From Squalus acanthias (lineage: Eukaryota): a stretch of 64,000 nucleotides of DNA. Position 1 is the stretch's first letter. Each line of letters opens with the position of its first letter. The notes beneath the pieces are model-generated. The model ran no database searches. It was not told the DNA's origin and saw nothing but the letters and a program-made list of their open reading frames with translations. Made by a program: the position numbers and the translations under genes. The DNA lies in the NCBI GenBank assembly GCA_030390025.1, contig CM059432.1, forward strand, positions 134,046,001 to 134,110,000, in the 5' to 3' direction. Below are positions 24,645 through 37,473 of this stretch, piece after piece.

Positions 24645-26108
24645 TTTCAAATAAAACTGTTGGACTATAACCTGGTGTTGTGCGACCTCTCAATTTTGAT
24701 CTAGTAGCCATTACTGAGACTTGGTTGCAGGGTGACCAAGGTGAGGAACTAAATATTCCAGGATACTTGACTTTTAGAAAAGATAGGCAAAGTGGAAAAG
24801 GAGATGGGGTAGCCTTGATAATAAAGGATGAGATAAAGGGAGTAGGGAGAAAGGATCTGAACCCAGAAAATCAGGATGTAGAATCAGTATGGGTGGACCC
24901 AAGAAATAACAAAGGTCCAAAAACACTGGTGGGAGTAGTTTATATGCCCCCTAACAGTAATCATAGTGTTGGACAGAGTATAAATCAAGAAATTAGAGGA
25001 GCAAGGGTAATGCAATAATCGTGGGGGACTTGAATCTTCATATAGACTGGGAAAATCAAATTGGCCAAAGTAGCTTGGAGGACGAGTTCATAGAATGCCT
25101 TTGAGACAGTTTTCTAGAACAATGTGTCAAGGCACCAACCAGGGAACAGGCTCTTTTAAATCTAGTATTGTGTAATGAGACAGGGTTCATTAGTAATCTT
25201 ATAGTAAAGGATCCTCTGGGGAAGAGTGATCATAATATGATAGAATTTCACATTAAGTTTGCAAGTGATGTGGTTAAGTCCAACACTAGGGTCTTAAACA
25301 AAGCCAATTATGGAGGTATGAGGGGCAAGTTGGCTGAGGTAGATTGGGAAATTAGATTAAAAGATATAATGGTAGATAAGCAATGGCAAATATTTAAAGA
25401 AATAATTCATAACTCTCAACGAATATACATTATCTTGAGGAATAAAAACTTCACTGGAAAAGTGGAACAGCCATGGCTTACTAGAGAAGTTAAGGATAGT
25501 ATTACATTAAAAGAAGAGGCTTACAATGTTGCCAAAAATAGTAAGCCTGAGGATTAGGAGGGTTTTAAAAATCAGCAAAGGATGACCAAGGAATTGATAA
25601 AGAGGGAGAAAATAGAATGAGAATATCCTAGCAAGCAGTATAAAAACAGATTATAAAAGCTTTTACAACTATGTAAAAAAGAAGAGATTAGCAAAAGTAA
25701 AGGTGGGTCCCTCAGAGGCAGAGGCAGGAGAAATTATAATGGGGAATAAGGAAATGGCAAAGAAGTTAAACAAATATTTTGTGTCTGTCTTCACAGTAGA
25801 AGACACAAAAAACATAATGGAAAAAGCGGGAAACCAAGGGTCTAATGAGAGTGAGGAACTCAAAGTCATTAATTTTCGTAAAGAAAAACTACTGGAGAAA
25901 TTAATGGGACTAAAAGCTGACAAATCCCCTGGACCTGATGGCCTACACCCTAGGGTTTTAAAAAGAGGTGCCTGCAGAGATAGAGATAATGGATGCATTG
26001 GTTTTGATCTTCCAGAATTCCTTAGATTCTAGAACAGTTCCTGTGGATTGCAAGGTAGCAAATGTAACCCCACTGTTCAAGCAAGACAAGAGAGGGAAAA
26101 CAGGGAAC

Positions 26109-26249
26109 CAATGTTCCCCCTCAGGACCTCCAATGCAGTCGGCTCGCCAGCTTTACAATGTGAAAATCCGCGCATGCATGGTAATTTAAATGAGCTGTGC
26201 AGCCCCTTAAAGGGGCCACGTTCCCAGAAAAAAATAAGAGGGAACATTG
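26109..26249. mobile_element. 141-bp hAT-type MITE inside CR1 ORF2
   Basis: TIRs are CAATGTTCCC / GGGAACATTG, with a perfect 8-bp TSD CAGGGAAC at 26101-26108 and 26250-26257. Excision restores K-T-G-N-Y-R-P-V-S. Confidence 0.9.
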
Positions 26250-27953
26250 CAGGGAACTATAGGCCAGTTAGCCTGACATCAGTAGTAGGGAAAATGCTAG
26301 AATCTATTATTAAGGACGTGGTAACAGGGCACTTGAAAAATCACAATATGACTAGGCAGAGTCAACATGGTTTTATGAAAGGGAAATCGTGTTTGACAAA
26401 TCTATTAGAGTTTTTTGAGGGTGTAACTGGCAGGGTAGATAAGGGGGAACCAATGGATGTAGTATATTTGGATTTTCAGAAGGCAATTGATAAGGTGCCA
26501 CACAAGAGGTTGTTACACAAAATTAGGGCTCGTGGGATTGGGGGTAATATATTCGCATGGATCGAGAATTGGTTAACCGACAGAAAACAGAGAGTAGGAA
26601 TAAACGGGTCATTTTTGGGATCGCATGATGTAACTAGTGGAGTGCCGCAAGAATCAATGCTTGGGCCTCAGCTATTCACAATCTATATCAATAACTTAGA
26701 TGAGGGGACCAAGTGTAATGTAGCTAAGTTTGCTGACAGTACAAAGCTAGGTAGGAAAGTAAGCTGTGAGGAGGACGCAAAGAGACTGCAAAGCGATATA
26801 GACCGGTTAAGTGATTGGGCAAGAAGGTGGCAGATGGAGTATAATGTGGGGAAGTGTGAAATTATCCACTTTGGCAGGAAGAATGGAAAAGCAGAATATT
26901 TTTAAAAAGGTGAGAGACTAGTAAATGTTGGTATTCAAAGGGATTTGGGGGTCCTTGTACAGAAAGTTAACAAGCGGGTACAGCAAGCAATTAGGAAGGA
27001 AAATGGTATGTTAGCCTTTATTGCAAGGGGGTTGGAGTATAAGAGTAAGGAAGTCTTGCTGCAATTATATAGGGCTTTGGTGAGACCACACCTGGAGTAC
27101 TGTGTACAGTCTTGGTCACCTTACTTAAGAAAAAATATACTTGCCTTCGAGGGAGTGCAACGAAGGTTCACTAGATTGATTCCTGGGATGAGAGGGCTGC
27201 CCTATCAGGAGAGATTGAATAGAATGGGCCTATATTCTCTGGAGTTTAGAAGAATGAGAGGTGATCTCATTGAAACGTATAAAATTCTTAGAGGGCTTGA
27301 CAGGGTAGATACTGAGGGGCTATTTCCCCTGAATGGAGAGTCTAGAACTAGGGGGCATAGTCTAAGGATAAGGGGTCGACCATTTAGGACTGAGATGAGG
27401 AAACATTTCTTCACTCAGAGGGTTGTGAATCTTTGGAATTCTCTACATCAGAGGGCCGTTGTCGCTCAGTTGGTGAGTATATTCAAGGCTGAGATCGATA
27501 GATTTTTGGGCACTAAGGGAATCAAGGGATATGGGGATAGGGCAGGAAAGTCGAGTTGATATAGATGTTCAGCTATGATCTTATTGAAAGGCGGAGCAGG
27601 CTCGATAGGTCGTATGGCCTACTCCTGCTCCTATTTCTTATCTTCTTATGAAGTCATGATGGGAAATAGTATGTATTGTGTCACCACATCATTACCACCT
27701 CAGGGCAGAACATCAGGCAGGTGTAAAGTGGGGAGCCAGCATAACGGATCCCTGAACTATTTTCTGCCCCCTCCTGCCCAATTACCACCCCAAAGGTCAG
27801 AAGGCCGAGGCTTCATTGTCAAGGCTTTCTTTGCAGAGGGCAACACATTCAGGAGAGGAGGAATAAAATTGGCAGAAAAAGTTGGTGAGCAAAACAATAG
27901 GTAAAAATAAGATTTTAAAAATGTAATAGTTTGAGTTTATAGGGCCAACATTA

Positions 27954-28694
27954 GGGGGAGAAATTTGGTGGCACCCCCTTCGGGGTGCAAACTTCACCGG
28001 GGCGCTACCCCGAAAAAGTTAGCGCCCCAGCGCCATAAATTCAGTGATAGCACCCAAGCAGGAGGCGGGACGCTACTGGAAGTGCACCCCCTTCTTCCTG
28101 GGGCGCTACCATTGAATATTGCGGTGCTACGTGCAACAGCGCCACGCGCGTCGGCATGTAGCACCGCGGTATTGCAGGCCTCCCACCCCTGATTAAAGGG
28201 GAGGGGCCAAGCGCTGCACGCACCGGGGCTCTGCTGGACCACCGGGGAGCGGGGTGCCGGGAAAACAGCCCCACACTCAAGAGGAGTTCCGGGCTGAGCG
28301 ATCGCGGCCGGCACCCCGGAGGAGGAGGCGAGAGGGGGCAGGTGCTGGCAGGCGGCCCAATAAAATGGCTGCCCGGTACCTGCCCTTTAATTTGGGACGC
28401 CGCAGCCGCAAAAACACCACCCTGACCCTGTCAGACATATCGTTCGGCAGTAGGTCAGGGGGCGCGACCTGAAGTTTGCGGCCGTGGCGCGAGCGGGGCG
28501 CTGTGCACGGCAATGACGTCATCACCAGAGGCATAGTGCCACGGGGCGCTACCGGCTACCGCTGCCGCTAACCTCCCGCTGAATTTTGCAGGAGGCGTTA
28601 GCGGCGCCGTGCCCAGGCGCCAGGGACTTTGCGCCCGTTCGCGTCCCCCAGGGGGCGCTAACGGGAGACACAAAGTATACCCAATTTTTCCCCC
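27954..28694. mobile_element. GC/CpG-rich Harbinger-type MITE, family B
   Basis: Ends are GGGGGAGAAATT / AATTTTTCCCCC with flanks TTA/TAT (imperfect TSD). It shares GGGGCGCTAAC and CCCCTTTAA/TTAAAGGGG-type motifs with the copies at 36830, 42730 and 49839. Confidence 0.75.
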
Positions 28695-29326
28695 TATGAG
28701 TTCGCACTCCAAGTAAAAATACATGGTAGAAACTCATAATATTCTGCCCTATATGTCACTATAGCAACATCCAGGGACTGATAACAACCTTATCTAGGCT
28801 GAATTGTTCCATTAGTGGGGGTATTTTCCGAGACACTATTTGACCCGCAGTGTACCTAAATCAATATCGTACAGATTGCTAATGAAGATGATGTGATTAA
28901 TGGAATCATTTACAGTCCACCATAGTATGGCAATTGATAGGCCACTACAGTATTTTACAAGTTCATCACCCTCCTTTCCTACTGCTATTAAAAATTAACA
29001 CTAAGTCATTTGATATGACCCTGCATAGCTCTTTTGTGGTAAACGTTTACGAATGCTGACTATGAAGATCAAGTAGCACCTAATTCTTCAACATCTATTT
29101 GGAGATGCATAGCCCATTTTTTCCCGTGTCTAGAAAGTGACGCTTTTTTTGTGAATTGTCTTCCTTTTTCCTCATGCTGTTTGTGGTTCTACATTCCATC
29201 AGTGCCAACAGCCTTTGAAATCTCACTCAAGTGGCCATTCTTCTCGTGTGAGCTCTAGCATTGAATGTCAGCAAGGGAGGGGGGATGTATTATAGATAAC
29301 TTCGATCCTATTCTTACCTACTATCG

Positions 29327-30513
29327 AGAGAAAAAGAAGACTTGCATTTATATAGCACCTTTCACGACCCCAGGACATCCCAAAGTGCTTTACAGTCAAT
29401 GAAGTACTTTTGGAAGTGTAGTCACTGTTGTAATGTAGGAAATGTGGCAGCCAACATGTGCACAGCAAGCTCCCACAAACAGCAATAGCCAGATAATCTG
29501 TTTTTGTGTTGTTGATTGAGGGATAAATATTGGCCAGGACACCAGGAAGAACTCCCCTGCTCTTCTTTGAAATAGTGCTGTGGGATCTTTTATGTCCACA
29601 TTAGAGAACAGACAGGGCCTTGTTTTAATGGCCCAGATATTCCGATGCCTACAGGTGTGTACGCGCTGTGTACCCACCCGTAGGGACGTCGGAGATGCCG
29701 GTTTCAGGCATGCACAGGGCATGCACTGAAAACCAGCATTTCCGATCTGCCAAGAAAGCTCTTGACAGATCCTCCGGCTGCCCTGGAGAAGGGCCTCTGC
29801 GGGCGGATAGTTCCGCTTTTTGGAGACCCTCCGCCCGCAGAAAACCCGTACAATTCTTATGCCTGGTAAAAGCAGGCGTAAGGCCTGCTTTTACCAGGAT
29901 AAGAGTTGAAAAAAAGTTTTTAAAAATATTTTTTTTCACTGATTTATCATTTAAAAATACTTTAAAAAAAGGTAAGTTTATTTTTAGCCCTGTATAAAAA
30001 CTTTAATTATTTTTTTCAAAAAATTAAATTTTTGTTTAAAATACTTAATTTATTGTAATTTCAAGTCATTTTAAAAATGTGATTTAAAAATTTTTTTATT
30101 TAAAGTTTTACTATGTTTTTGGGGTGATCTCCATTCATATATTTGACAGGTCTTCCTGTCAAATGTATGAAGGGAGATTCCCTTCTGTGATTGGCTCCCC
30201 ATGGCTCACGTGATGCCAGGGACGCTGCAAACTACATGCGCCTCTGGGATACGTGAGCCCTGCGCACTTCAAGTTTGGTGAGGCCCAGGAGCGGAAGCGT
30301 GTGCGTCCCGGGAGCCCTCAGGTAAGGGCGCAGATTTTTCCAGATCGCAGGCCTCCGCCCACGGGAGGCCTGCGATAGGAAAATATGGGCCAATGTCTCA
30401 ACCGAAAGACAGCACCTCCAACAGTTCAGTGCTCCCTCAGTGCTGCACAGGACTTGAACCCACAATCTTCCAACTCAGAGGCGAGAGTGCTACCAACTGA
30501 GCCACGGCTGACA
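29327..30513 (-). mobile_element. Deu-domain SINE split by a family A MITE
   Basis: The SINE sequence GTTTTAAT|GTCTCAACCGAAAGAC is restored on removing 29630-30394. Confidence 0.85.
29630..30391. mobile_element. Harbinger-type MITE family A, copy 2
   Basis: TIRs are GGCCCAGATATTCC / GGAAAATATGGGCC with TSD AAT. It is colinear with 4270-5033. Confidence 0.88.
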
Positions 30514-32423
30514 CAATCAGGAACCCTGGCTGACTTTTTTCCTGTCCATAGTCCAGGTGTTCTGAGGCCAATTTTAGTGTCAATAACGCCATCCCAGCTG
30601 AGATCCAATAACTCCATCCAGACTTGAGATGTCCTTTCTCATTGTTTGGCTCAGTTCTACACTGGGAAGTGCATTTACAGTTGAGCCATCGAGAAAACTA
30701 TTTGAGTGGTTCATGAGTGCCATCTGATCCCTTAAGTAGATCAGAGCCTTGAAATGACTCTCTTGTATCTGAGTCTGCCTTTGTGCAGGTTGTGTGTATT
30801 GCTGTGCTCCATGTCATTGATGCACAATAATGCTCACTGTGGAAGATTGACGATCATAATCTCATTACAGCAAATCTTTAGTGAAAGAACCTGCAGTTGA
30901 TTAGTTAGGAAATTTGTGTCTACAATTATGTTACAATTGAACCCACAGATGGGTATCACACACTGTTTCTCATATATTAAACAATACCAGGTGTTTCCAA
31001 ACAGCTACAGCACAATCTCATTGAGTTATACTACGCAGAGAAACAAAGAAGAGCATTGGGAATCTATCCATATCTCATTTATATTGACATAGCAATAAAT
31101 CAATGTAAAGTTTTTGATGAAACCCAGAGTGTTTCTTCCTTGTTACTGGTCAGAAATCATTTTGATTCTGTTGCATTCCCTATTTGCTTCTTTTCCTCTC
31201 TCTAATCTTTTCATGATAACTTTGAGTTCAGCAGGGTGAAGTATGAAGTCCTGACAGTATTGGTGAATGAAATCTTATTCCTCCCATTGATATCATCAAA
31301 CACACCCTTTTGTGGGTAATTTGTGGTTAGCTTGACTTTAAAACTCTGTCTACTCCAGTGATATTCAAACTTTTCTGTTTGGGGGAGGCCTGTCCAAATA
31401 TTGACACACTCCAGGGGAGCCCTGCCCTGCCCTAACTTCTGAAAGACAGTGTCAGCTACCTGAAGGAAAACAGGGTTATCATTGCGTAAAGCATTTTGTT
31501 ATTGACATACAGCAACCGAAATAATGTGCCAGCAAATCAACACAACAGAAAAGTGCAGAAATCTGATGGGAGATGCACATCGGACCCTCTCACAGATCCC
31601 TTAGGGTCTGGGAGTCTCAATTTGACTCGGCTCTGCCTTGACATAGTGCTTACATCCAAGATCTTAAGAAAACCCTACGCTGCAGCAGTGATGTATTTGT
31701 GTTTCCCACACCAACCATCTCAATGGCATATTTCAGTGATGCTGCCCAATTAGGCTAAATTATGAACACTTTGGTTCTGTGGCCTTCCATCCATTACAAT
31801 GCATGTTGAGCCTACTCGAATTTGTTTTGTTTTTACAACAATTCAATTTTTTCTTTTGTTTTCCCAAATAGCTCGCAGAATTTTCACGGGGCAAAGCCTT
31901 GCACAATTCACTGCCTCGTTGCACAACCCGCTTAACACCAATTTCCTGCCTGACATAGATCAAGCAGATTAAATTGAACTGGTGAATCACCCGTAGTGCC
32001 ACACAAGGACAGGCCTCGGCCTGGAGTGTGGTTTCTGATAGTTACTGCGGCCCTGCCACAACCTAAACACAAAAGCTTTTTCCCCATCATTGTAATATGA
32101 CAAGTTTACTGAAGCAACTTATCACCTGTCTGACAGGAAGTGAAAATATTATATGCCTTACTGATGTTGAAAAATATATGGTCTCACAGATATATTATTT
32201 GTAATACTATTTACATGCCACTTTTCAAAAAAATGTTTAAGGTGCACGTATTTATATTTTTATTCCTTTTCTCCTCCTGCCCCAACCATTGTTTTTTCTC
32301 AGTTATTTACATGTTTATATAGGCTACTATTCTCACCCCAGCCCCCATTTCCCACAATACCTGGTGTTTTCAAGCAGCTATGGTGCAATCTCATTGGGTT
32401 ATGCTGCAAAGAAAAAAAACAAA

Positions 32424-33315
32424 GGGCTAAAAATTCGAGGGCTTAATGCCATCCGTTACCAGCAAAGAATGGTGCAAAGAGGGCAGCCGCTGCTCTTTCG
32501 CCAGCTGGTGACGGGTCCCGCAGTGTCCGCCATTTTCGAAGGCCCAGTAGCACTGCCGTTATGAAGTATCACCCTGCAAAGAAAAATGGCAGCGTGGTGA
32601 CGTCGGTTATCATGCAACGTCGACTTAATGTCACCATGGCGAACTTCGACCCTGGCGCTGAGTTCCGTGCTGGGTCCTAAGCACGTCAGGTAAACCCAGC
32701 ATGCAAGCAGACTCACAGAGGCACTGTCAGTACCTCTTAAAGGGACACACACATCTTTCAGGTAGGTTTGCATTTAAGCTTTTGGACTGTTTTTTTTTTG
32801 ATTTTACTGAAGTAGTGGCTTGCTGCAATAGATGTTAAAAGTTTTTAAGTGTGTAGAGAGTGCTGCTGGACGCTTGCAAAACCTCAGATGGTAAAGGAAG
32901 GCCTCTGAGAAGAGAGAAAATGCTGGGAACACTCAGCAGGTCAGGTAACATCTGTGGAGAGAGAAACAGAGTTCACGTCTCAGGTCAAGATGCTGCCTGA
33001 CCTGCTGAGTATTGCCAGCATTTTATGCTGTCATTACAGATTTACAGCATCCGCTCGCAGAGGGAAGAGGAAGACACAGAAGAGGAAGAAAGAGAAGAGG
33101 AGGAAGCAGAAGAGGAGGAAGCAGAAGGAAGGATGCAACCCAGACAGCCCCTTTGTGGCCTGGATATCCGGGACAGAATTATTCGCCAGTGAGTAAAAGT
33201 CTTCAGCCCTCAGCATGAATTTTTCTTGGGTAGCGCTGCGTCCATTTTCAGCGGCCGTTAACCTGAGTTGGTGGCAACACCGGCAACTCTTGTGGTGGCC
33301 ACGAATTTTCCCCCC
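32424..33315. mobile_element. Internally deleted Harbinger-type element with a putative transposase C-terminal tail and a Penelope-derived palindrome
   Basis: Ends are GGGCTAAAAATTCG / CGAATTTTCCCCCC with TSD AAA. Positions 33064-33192 read EEEDTEEEEREEEEAEEEEAEGRMQPRQPLCGLDIRDRIIRQ*. Confidence 0.65.
32915..33053. mobile_element. Penelope-derived inverted pseudo-LTR remnant
   Basis: Inverted arms lie at 32917-32953 and 32988-33024 (CTCAGCAGGTCAGG / CCTGACCTGCTGAG). It is the same family as 41996-42170. Confidence 0.65.
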
Positions 33316-33715
33316 AAAGAATCTATCGATATCTCATTTACATTGACTTAGCAATAAATCAGAATTCTTGCTGAAGTTATTGTTAATGTTGTGGTGACCA
33401 GCTCCTTGAGCAGGTGTTATATTTGTTGCCATGGTCTGGGACTGGCCAACTGATTGACTCCAGCTGCAATATCTGAGTTGAAAATCAAAGTGTCTCATGA
33501 GCATTCCCATTTGACACTGGCACAAACATCAGTCCTCTCAGTAACCTTGAAAAAAAATCTCATCCATCCCAAACAATTTTTTTAATTGAATGGTTTAAAC
33601 TGTATAAATGCTGAAAATAAATGAAATCTTTTTTTGAGTGTTTTCCCCCCACTGCTTGTGCCTCACTGTTGTTCTTGTGTCCTGTGACATAAATGGTCAT
33701 GGTATACATTGGGTA

Positions 33716-34205
33716 AGAAAGAAAAAAAGAAAGAAAGACAGACAGACAGACAGACTTGCATTTCTATAGCGCCTTTCACGACCTCAGGACGTCCCAAAGT
33801 GCTTCACAGCCAATGAAGCATTGTTACTGTTGTAATGTAGGAAACGCGGCAGCCAATTTGTGCATAGCAAAGTCTCACAAGCAGCAATGTGATAATGACC
33901 AGATAATCTGTATTTTTTTTAGTGATGTTGATTGAGGGATAAATATTGGCCAGGACACCAGGGATAACTCCCCTGCTCTTCTTTGAAATACTGCCATGAG
34001 ATCATTTACAACCACCTGAGAGAGCAGACGGGGCCTCGGTTTAACGTCTCAGCTGAAAGATGGCAACTCCGACAGTGCAGCACTCCCTCAGCACTGCACT
34101 GGAGTGTCAGCACAGATTTATGCGCTCAAGTCTCTGGAGTGGGACTTAAACCCACAACCTTCTGACTCAGAGGCAGGAGTGCTACCAACTGAGCCACGAA
34201 TGACA
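33716..34205 (-). mobile_element. Deu-domain SINE, near full length
   Basis: Head, core and tail are present, with (GACA)n/(GAAA)n simple repeats at the tail. Confidence 0.9.
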
Positions 34206-34244
34206 TCGTAGCACCCATGGCACATATCTGTCTCTCTCTCAGAC

Positions 34245-34722
34245 ACAAGGGTCAATTTTGGGTCCATTAATCTTTTCAATTTTTATAAATGACCTAGACT
34301 CGGGTGTAAGGAGCAGCATTGTAAAGTTTGCAGATGGGACAAAACTTGGCAAAGCACTAGATAGTGATGAAGATAGTTATAGACTTCAGGGTGACATAGA
34401 CAGGATGGTGAAATGGGCAGAAGCGTGGCAGATGGAGTTCAATGCGGAGAAGTGTGAAGTGAGGCACTTTGGGAGGATTAATATGGAAAGACTGTATACT
34501 ATAAATGGCACGATTTTTAGAAGTGTAGATGAGCCCAGAGACCTTGGTGTCCATATACATAAATCCTTAAAGGTGTCAGGGCAAGGTGATAAGGTGGTTA
34601 AGAAGAATATGGGTTACTTGGGTTTTTAAATAGAGGAATTGAATATAAAAGGAAAGAGATCATGCTAGAACTTTATAAGCCACTGGTTAGGCCTCAGATG
34701 GAGTATTGTGGACAATTCTGGT
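34245..34722 (+). mobile_element. CR1 RT internal fragment
   Basis: ORF 34258..34629 reads GPLIFSIFINDLD...VKFADGT...WQMEFNAEKCEV. Confidence 0.88.
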
Positions 34723-34979
34723 AACATTTCCAACCATGGGACTGACAAACAATTCCAGCCCCAGGCTTCAGACATAAGGCCAGATCCATGTGGAGAAACT
34801 TCTTATAAATATTTCTAATATTAAATGACAAATTTTATAAGTTCAGTGTTTATTTTTCAGAATCTTGTAACATATGTGTTATGTTTTATGTGGGTATGTT
34901 ATAGATGTTCATCCCAGAAATCCCGGCAATCCACTGCGCCACCAGAAGTGAGGTCGGACAGGACTTCATCCTGACTACT

Positions 34980-35086
34980 AAAGAAAGACTTGCATTTATA
35001 TAGCGCCTTTCACGACCACCGGACGTCTCAAAGCGCTTTACAGCCAATGAAGTGCTTTTTTGGAGTGCAGTCACTGTTGTAATGTA
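34980..35086 (-). mobile_element. Deu-domain SINE tail fragment
   Basis: AAGAAAGACTTGCATTTATATAGCGCC...CACTGTTGTAATGTA. Confidence 0.8.
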
Positions 35087-35599
35087 CTGCCCCCAACGCT
35101 GACCCTGTCCAAAATCCCGGGGTCGGCAAATTTTCATATTTTGGGCAGACACCTATGTTGCTTCAGTGTGGCTGGGACACCCGTCCCAACACGGAGAAAA
35201 GAATCTCACTGCAACACCTTTGCAGACGTAAATCATGTAACAAGGGCTCTGTAATCGATTGTCAATTTCAAAAACGACTTCTTAAAAACTACTGGACCAC
35301 ACTTCCACCAGATCCTGGCACACACCTTGTATGTCTGCTTCCTGCAAGCGTACAATCAGGGAACACCTGCGGCAGAACTGGTGGAAATTAGGATGCCTGA
35401 TGTCAGCCCGTCAGTCCTACCTCTCCCAGTGGGACAGACCATCACTGGAAGCACCTGCCCCCTTCCCTCCCACCGGAATTCTGAACCGGGCAGAAAGGGA
35501 CAGAGACCTGCTGGAACCAGGTTCTGCCCCAGATTCCTCTCTCTCCACCCATAATGCGTGATTTTCACATGATTGAACTGCAGGAGTTTCTAGCCCTTT

Positions 35600-35855
35600 A
35601 GTTTTAGCTATATAGGATACATGAGGAAAAAATTTTTTACGCAGCGAGCTGTTATGTTATGTAAGGCAGTGCCTGGAAGGGCGGTGGAAGCAGATTCAGT
35701 AGTAACTTACAAAAGGGAATTGGATATATAGTTGAAAAGGAAAAAAATGCAGGGCTATGGGGAAAGAGCAGGGGAGTGGGACTAATTGGATAGCGCTTTC
35801 AAAGAGCAGGCATGATGGGCCGAATGGCCTCCTTCGGTGCTGTAAGATTCTATTT
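35600..35855 (+). mobile_element. CR1 3' end fragment
   Basis: TTTTTTACGCAGCGAG...GATGGGCCGAATGGCCTCCTTC. Confidence 0.8.
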
Positions 35856-36153
35856 ACTGACCTGAGTGAAGAAGTGATGGCCAGAATCAATGAGAGGAAG
35901 TTATTTAAGAAATGTTATTGGTTTGTTTTGTGTGCAGTTGCTGTTTCCAGATCTCTAGGGTTGAACAACAGAGTAATCTGATTGGGTGGTTTTTGTGTTG
36001 CTTTCATATTGCCGATTGGAAGCTTTCCTGCACGTCCAGTGAATGGAATCAGTTTTTGATTGGTTGGCATTAATTCAATGAGATATTTGGACCAATCATC
36101 ATGATTAAGTTAACGTGTTGAACCATTCATGATTTTTATCTTATTGACATAAT

Positions 36154-36728
36154 GGCCGAAATTTTTACTTTTGGGCCCGCTGGAGGCCGGGGGTGGGGGG
36201 TGGTGGGGGATGGTAGAGTGCAGGCCCCACGTGCTGTGGAGTTTTAACTCACCCTGGGGGGGGGGGGGGGGGAAGGTGGTGTGATCTCTGACCCGGCAGT
36301 GTCTGATCCCTGACCCCTGGGGGTCCGAACCCGGGTTGTGGGGGTTTGTATGGGGCGGTGGTGGGGGAGCTTGGGGGCAGGAAGGAAGCACTCCTGCTCC
36401 TCCCGGCCCACAAGGATTGCTCCCCGAGGCTGTCCGCGCCTCGTTGCAGCTGCCGGGAATTCCGAGGCCCGGGAACCCCGGCTGGCCACAGGTTAAATCT
36501 GAGGCTTCCAGCCTCATTAACATATTTAAAGTGCCAACCCGCCTCCTGGGAGCAGGTTGGCTGCCCGCTACCACCCCCTGCCCCCCACCACCCCCCCACC
36601 CCCCGTCGCCCATTCTCGCCTCCGTTAAAATAGGAAGTAGGCGGGCTGGGGTCGTGATTCAGTTTAAAATTTTTTTTTACCTCCCACCTGACCCCAACCC
36701 ACCCATTTTTTGGGGTTAAAATTCCCCC
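36154..36728. mobile_element. G/C-tract-rich Harbinger-type MITE
   Basis: Imperfect TIRs GGCCGAAATTTTTAC / GTTAAAATTCCCCC with TSD AAT. Confidence 0.6.
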
Positions 36729-36829
36729 AATATTTTTGTGGTGGACACTTTTTAGATGTGATGCCTTTGAGCTGTGACACCTTTAAGAGGTGTGAAGCTA
36801 CAAGTTATACACTAGAATCAAGACATTTA

Positions 36830-37097
36830 GGCTGTGAAATTCAGCTCCTTTGTGCCTGCCGTTGGCGCCTCCAGGGGGCGCTAACAGGGCGTAAAGGGCT
36901 TATTGCCCGGGCGGGTAATTCGGCGGGGCGCTACTGAGGTGCTAGCTGATAGCACTGTGCCCCGCTGGTAGCGCCCCGGGCCGCTGCGCCGCCGCCGATG
37001 ACGTCATCGGCGTGCGCCACAACCCCTTACCGCCCCGCGGCAGAAATTCGGCTGCACCCCGCGATACCCAAGCGGGGCGTAACTGAATTTCGCCCCC
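36830..37097. mobile_element. MITE family B, short deleted copy
   Basis: TIRs are GGCTGTGAAATTCAG / CTGAATTTCGCCCCC with the canonical PIF/Harbinger TSD TTA. Confidence 0.8.
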
Positions 37098-37173
37098 TTA
37101 ATGATATAATTTATGTTTTTGCATTGTACTTGTCTTCATTCCCAAGCCAAGGATATTGCTGTGCCCTCCATGT

Positions 37174-37473
37174 AAGAAAGAAGAAAGAACTTGCATTTAA
37201 ATAATGCCTGTCACAACCTTGGGACATTCCAAAGCGTATTGCAGTCACTGTTGTAATGTAGGCAAATGTGCCAGCCAATTTGCACACAGCAAGCTCCTAT
37301 AAGCAACAATGAGATAAATGACCAGATAATCTGTTTCAGTGATATTGATTGAGGGATAAATGTTAGTCAGGACACCGGGAGAACTCTCCTGTTATTCGAG
37401 TAGTGCTGTACAATCTTTTACGTCTACCTGAGATGGCAGCCATGGCCTCGGTTTAACATCTCATTGGAAAGAC
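37174..37473 (-). mobile_element. Deu-domain SINE, head missing
   Basis: Tail and core are colinear with the other copies. Confidence 0.8.

Larger units (their letters stand above)
22233..24694 (+). mobile_element. Penelope-like element (Neptune-type), 5'-truncated, with 3' pseudo-LTR
   Basis: A 13-bp TSD TTTGATCTAGTAG lies at 22220-22232 and 24695-24707. The RT-GIY-YIG frame is intact, and a hammerhead motif followed by AATAAA is near the 3' end. Confidence 0.95.
21985..27650 (+). mobile_element. CR1 LINE with near-complete decayed ORF2 (APE + RT), hosting a Penelope element and a hAT MITE
   Basis: Motifs include LKVVYL/ARSICNKIDEL, AITETWL, DPLGKSDH, KSPGPDG, NYRPVSLTSVVGK, DFQKAIDKV, AKFADST (mutated FADD) and WNSL. 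It has several stops and frameshifts, and the tail is ATGGCCTACTCCTGCTCCTATTTCTTAT. Confidence 0.95.

Noticed and set aside
26048..26905. 285-aa RT with a novel N-terminus
   Set aside because: It is an artefact of read-through from the inserted hAT MITE into a dead CR1 RT (FADD mutated to FADS).
27965..28737. Overlapping GC-rich ORFs resembling a CpG-island first exon (also 36110-36719 and 49738-50652)
   Set aside because: They lie within TIR-bounded MITEs, and the scarcity of stops follows from GC content.
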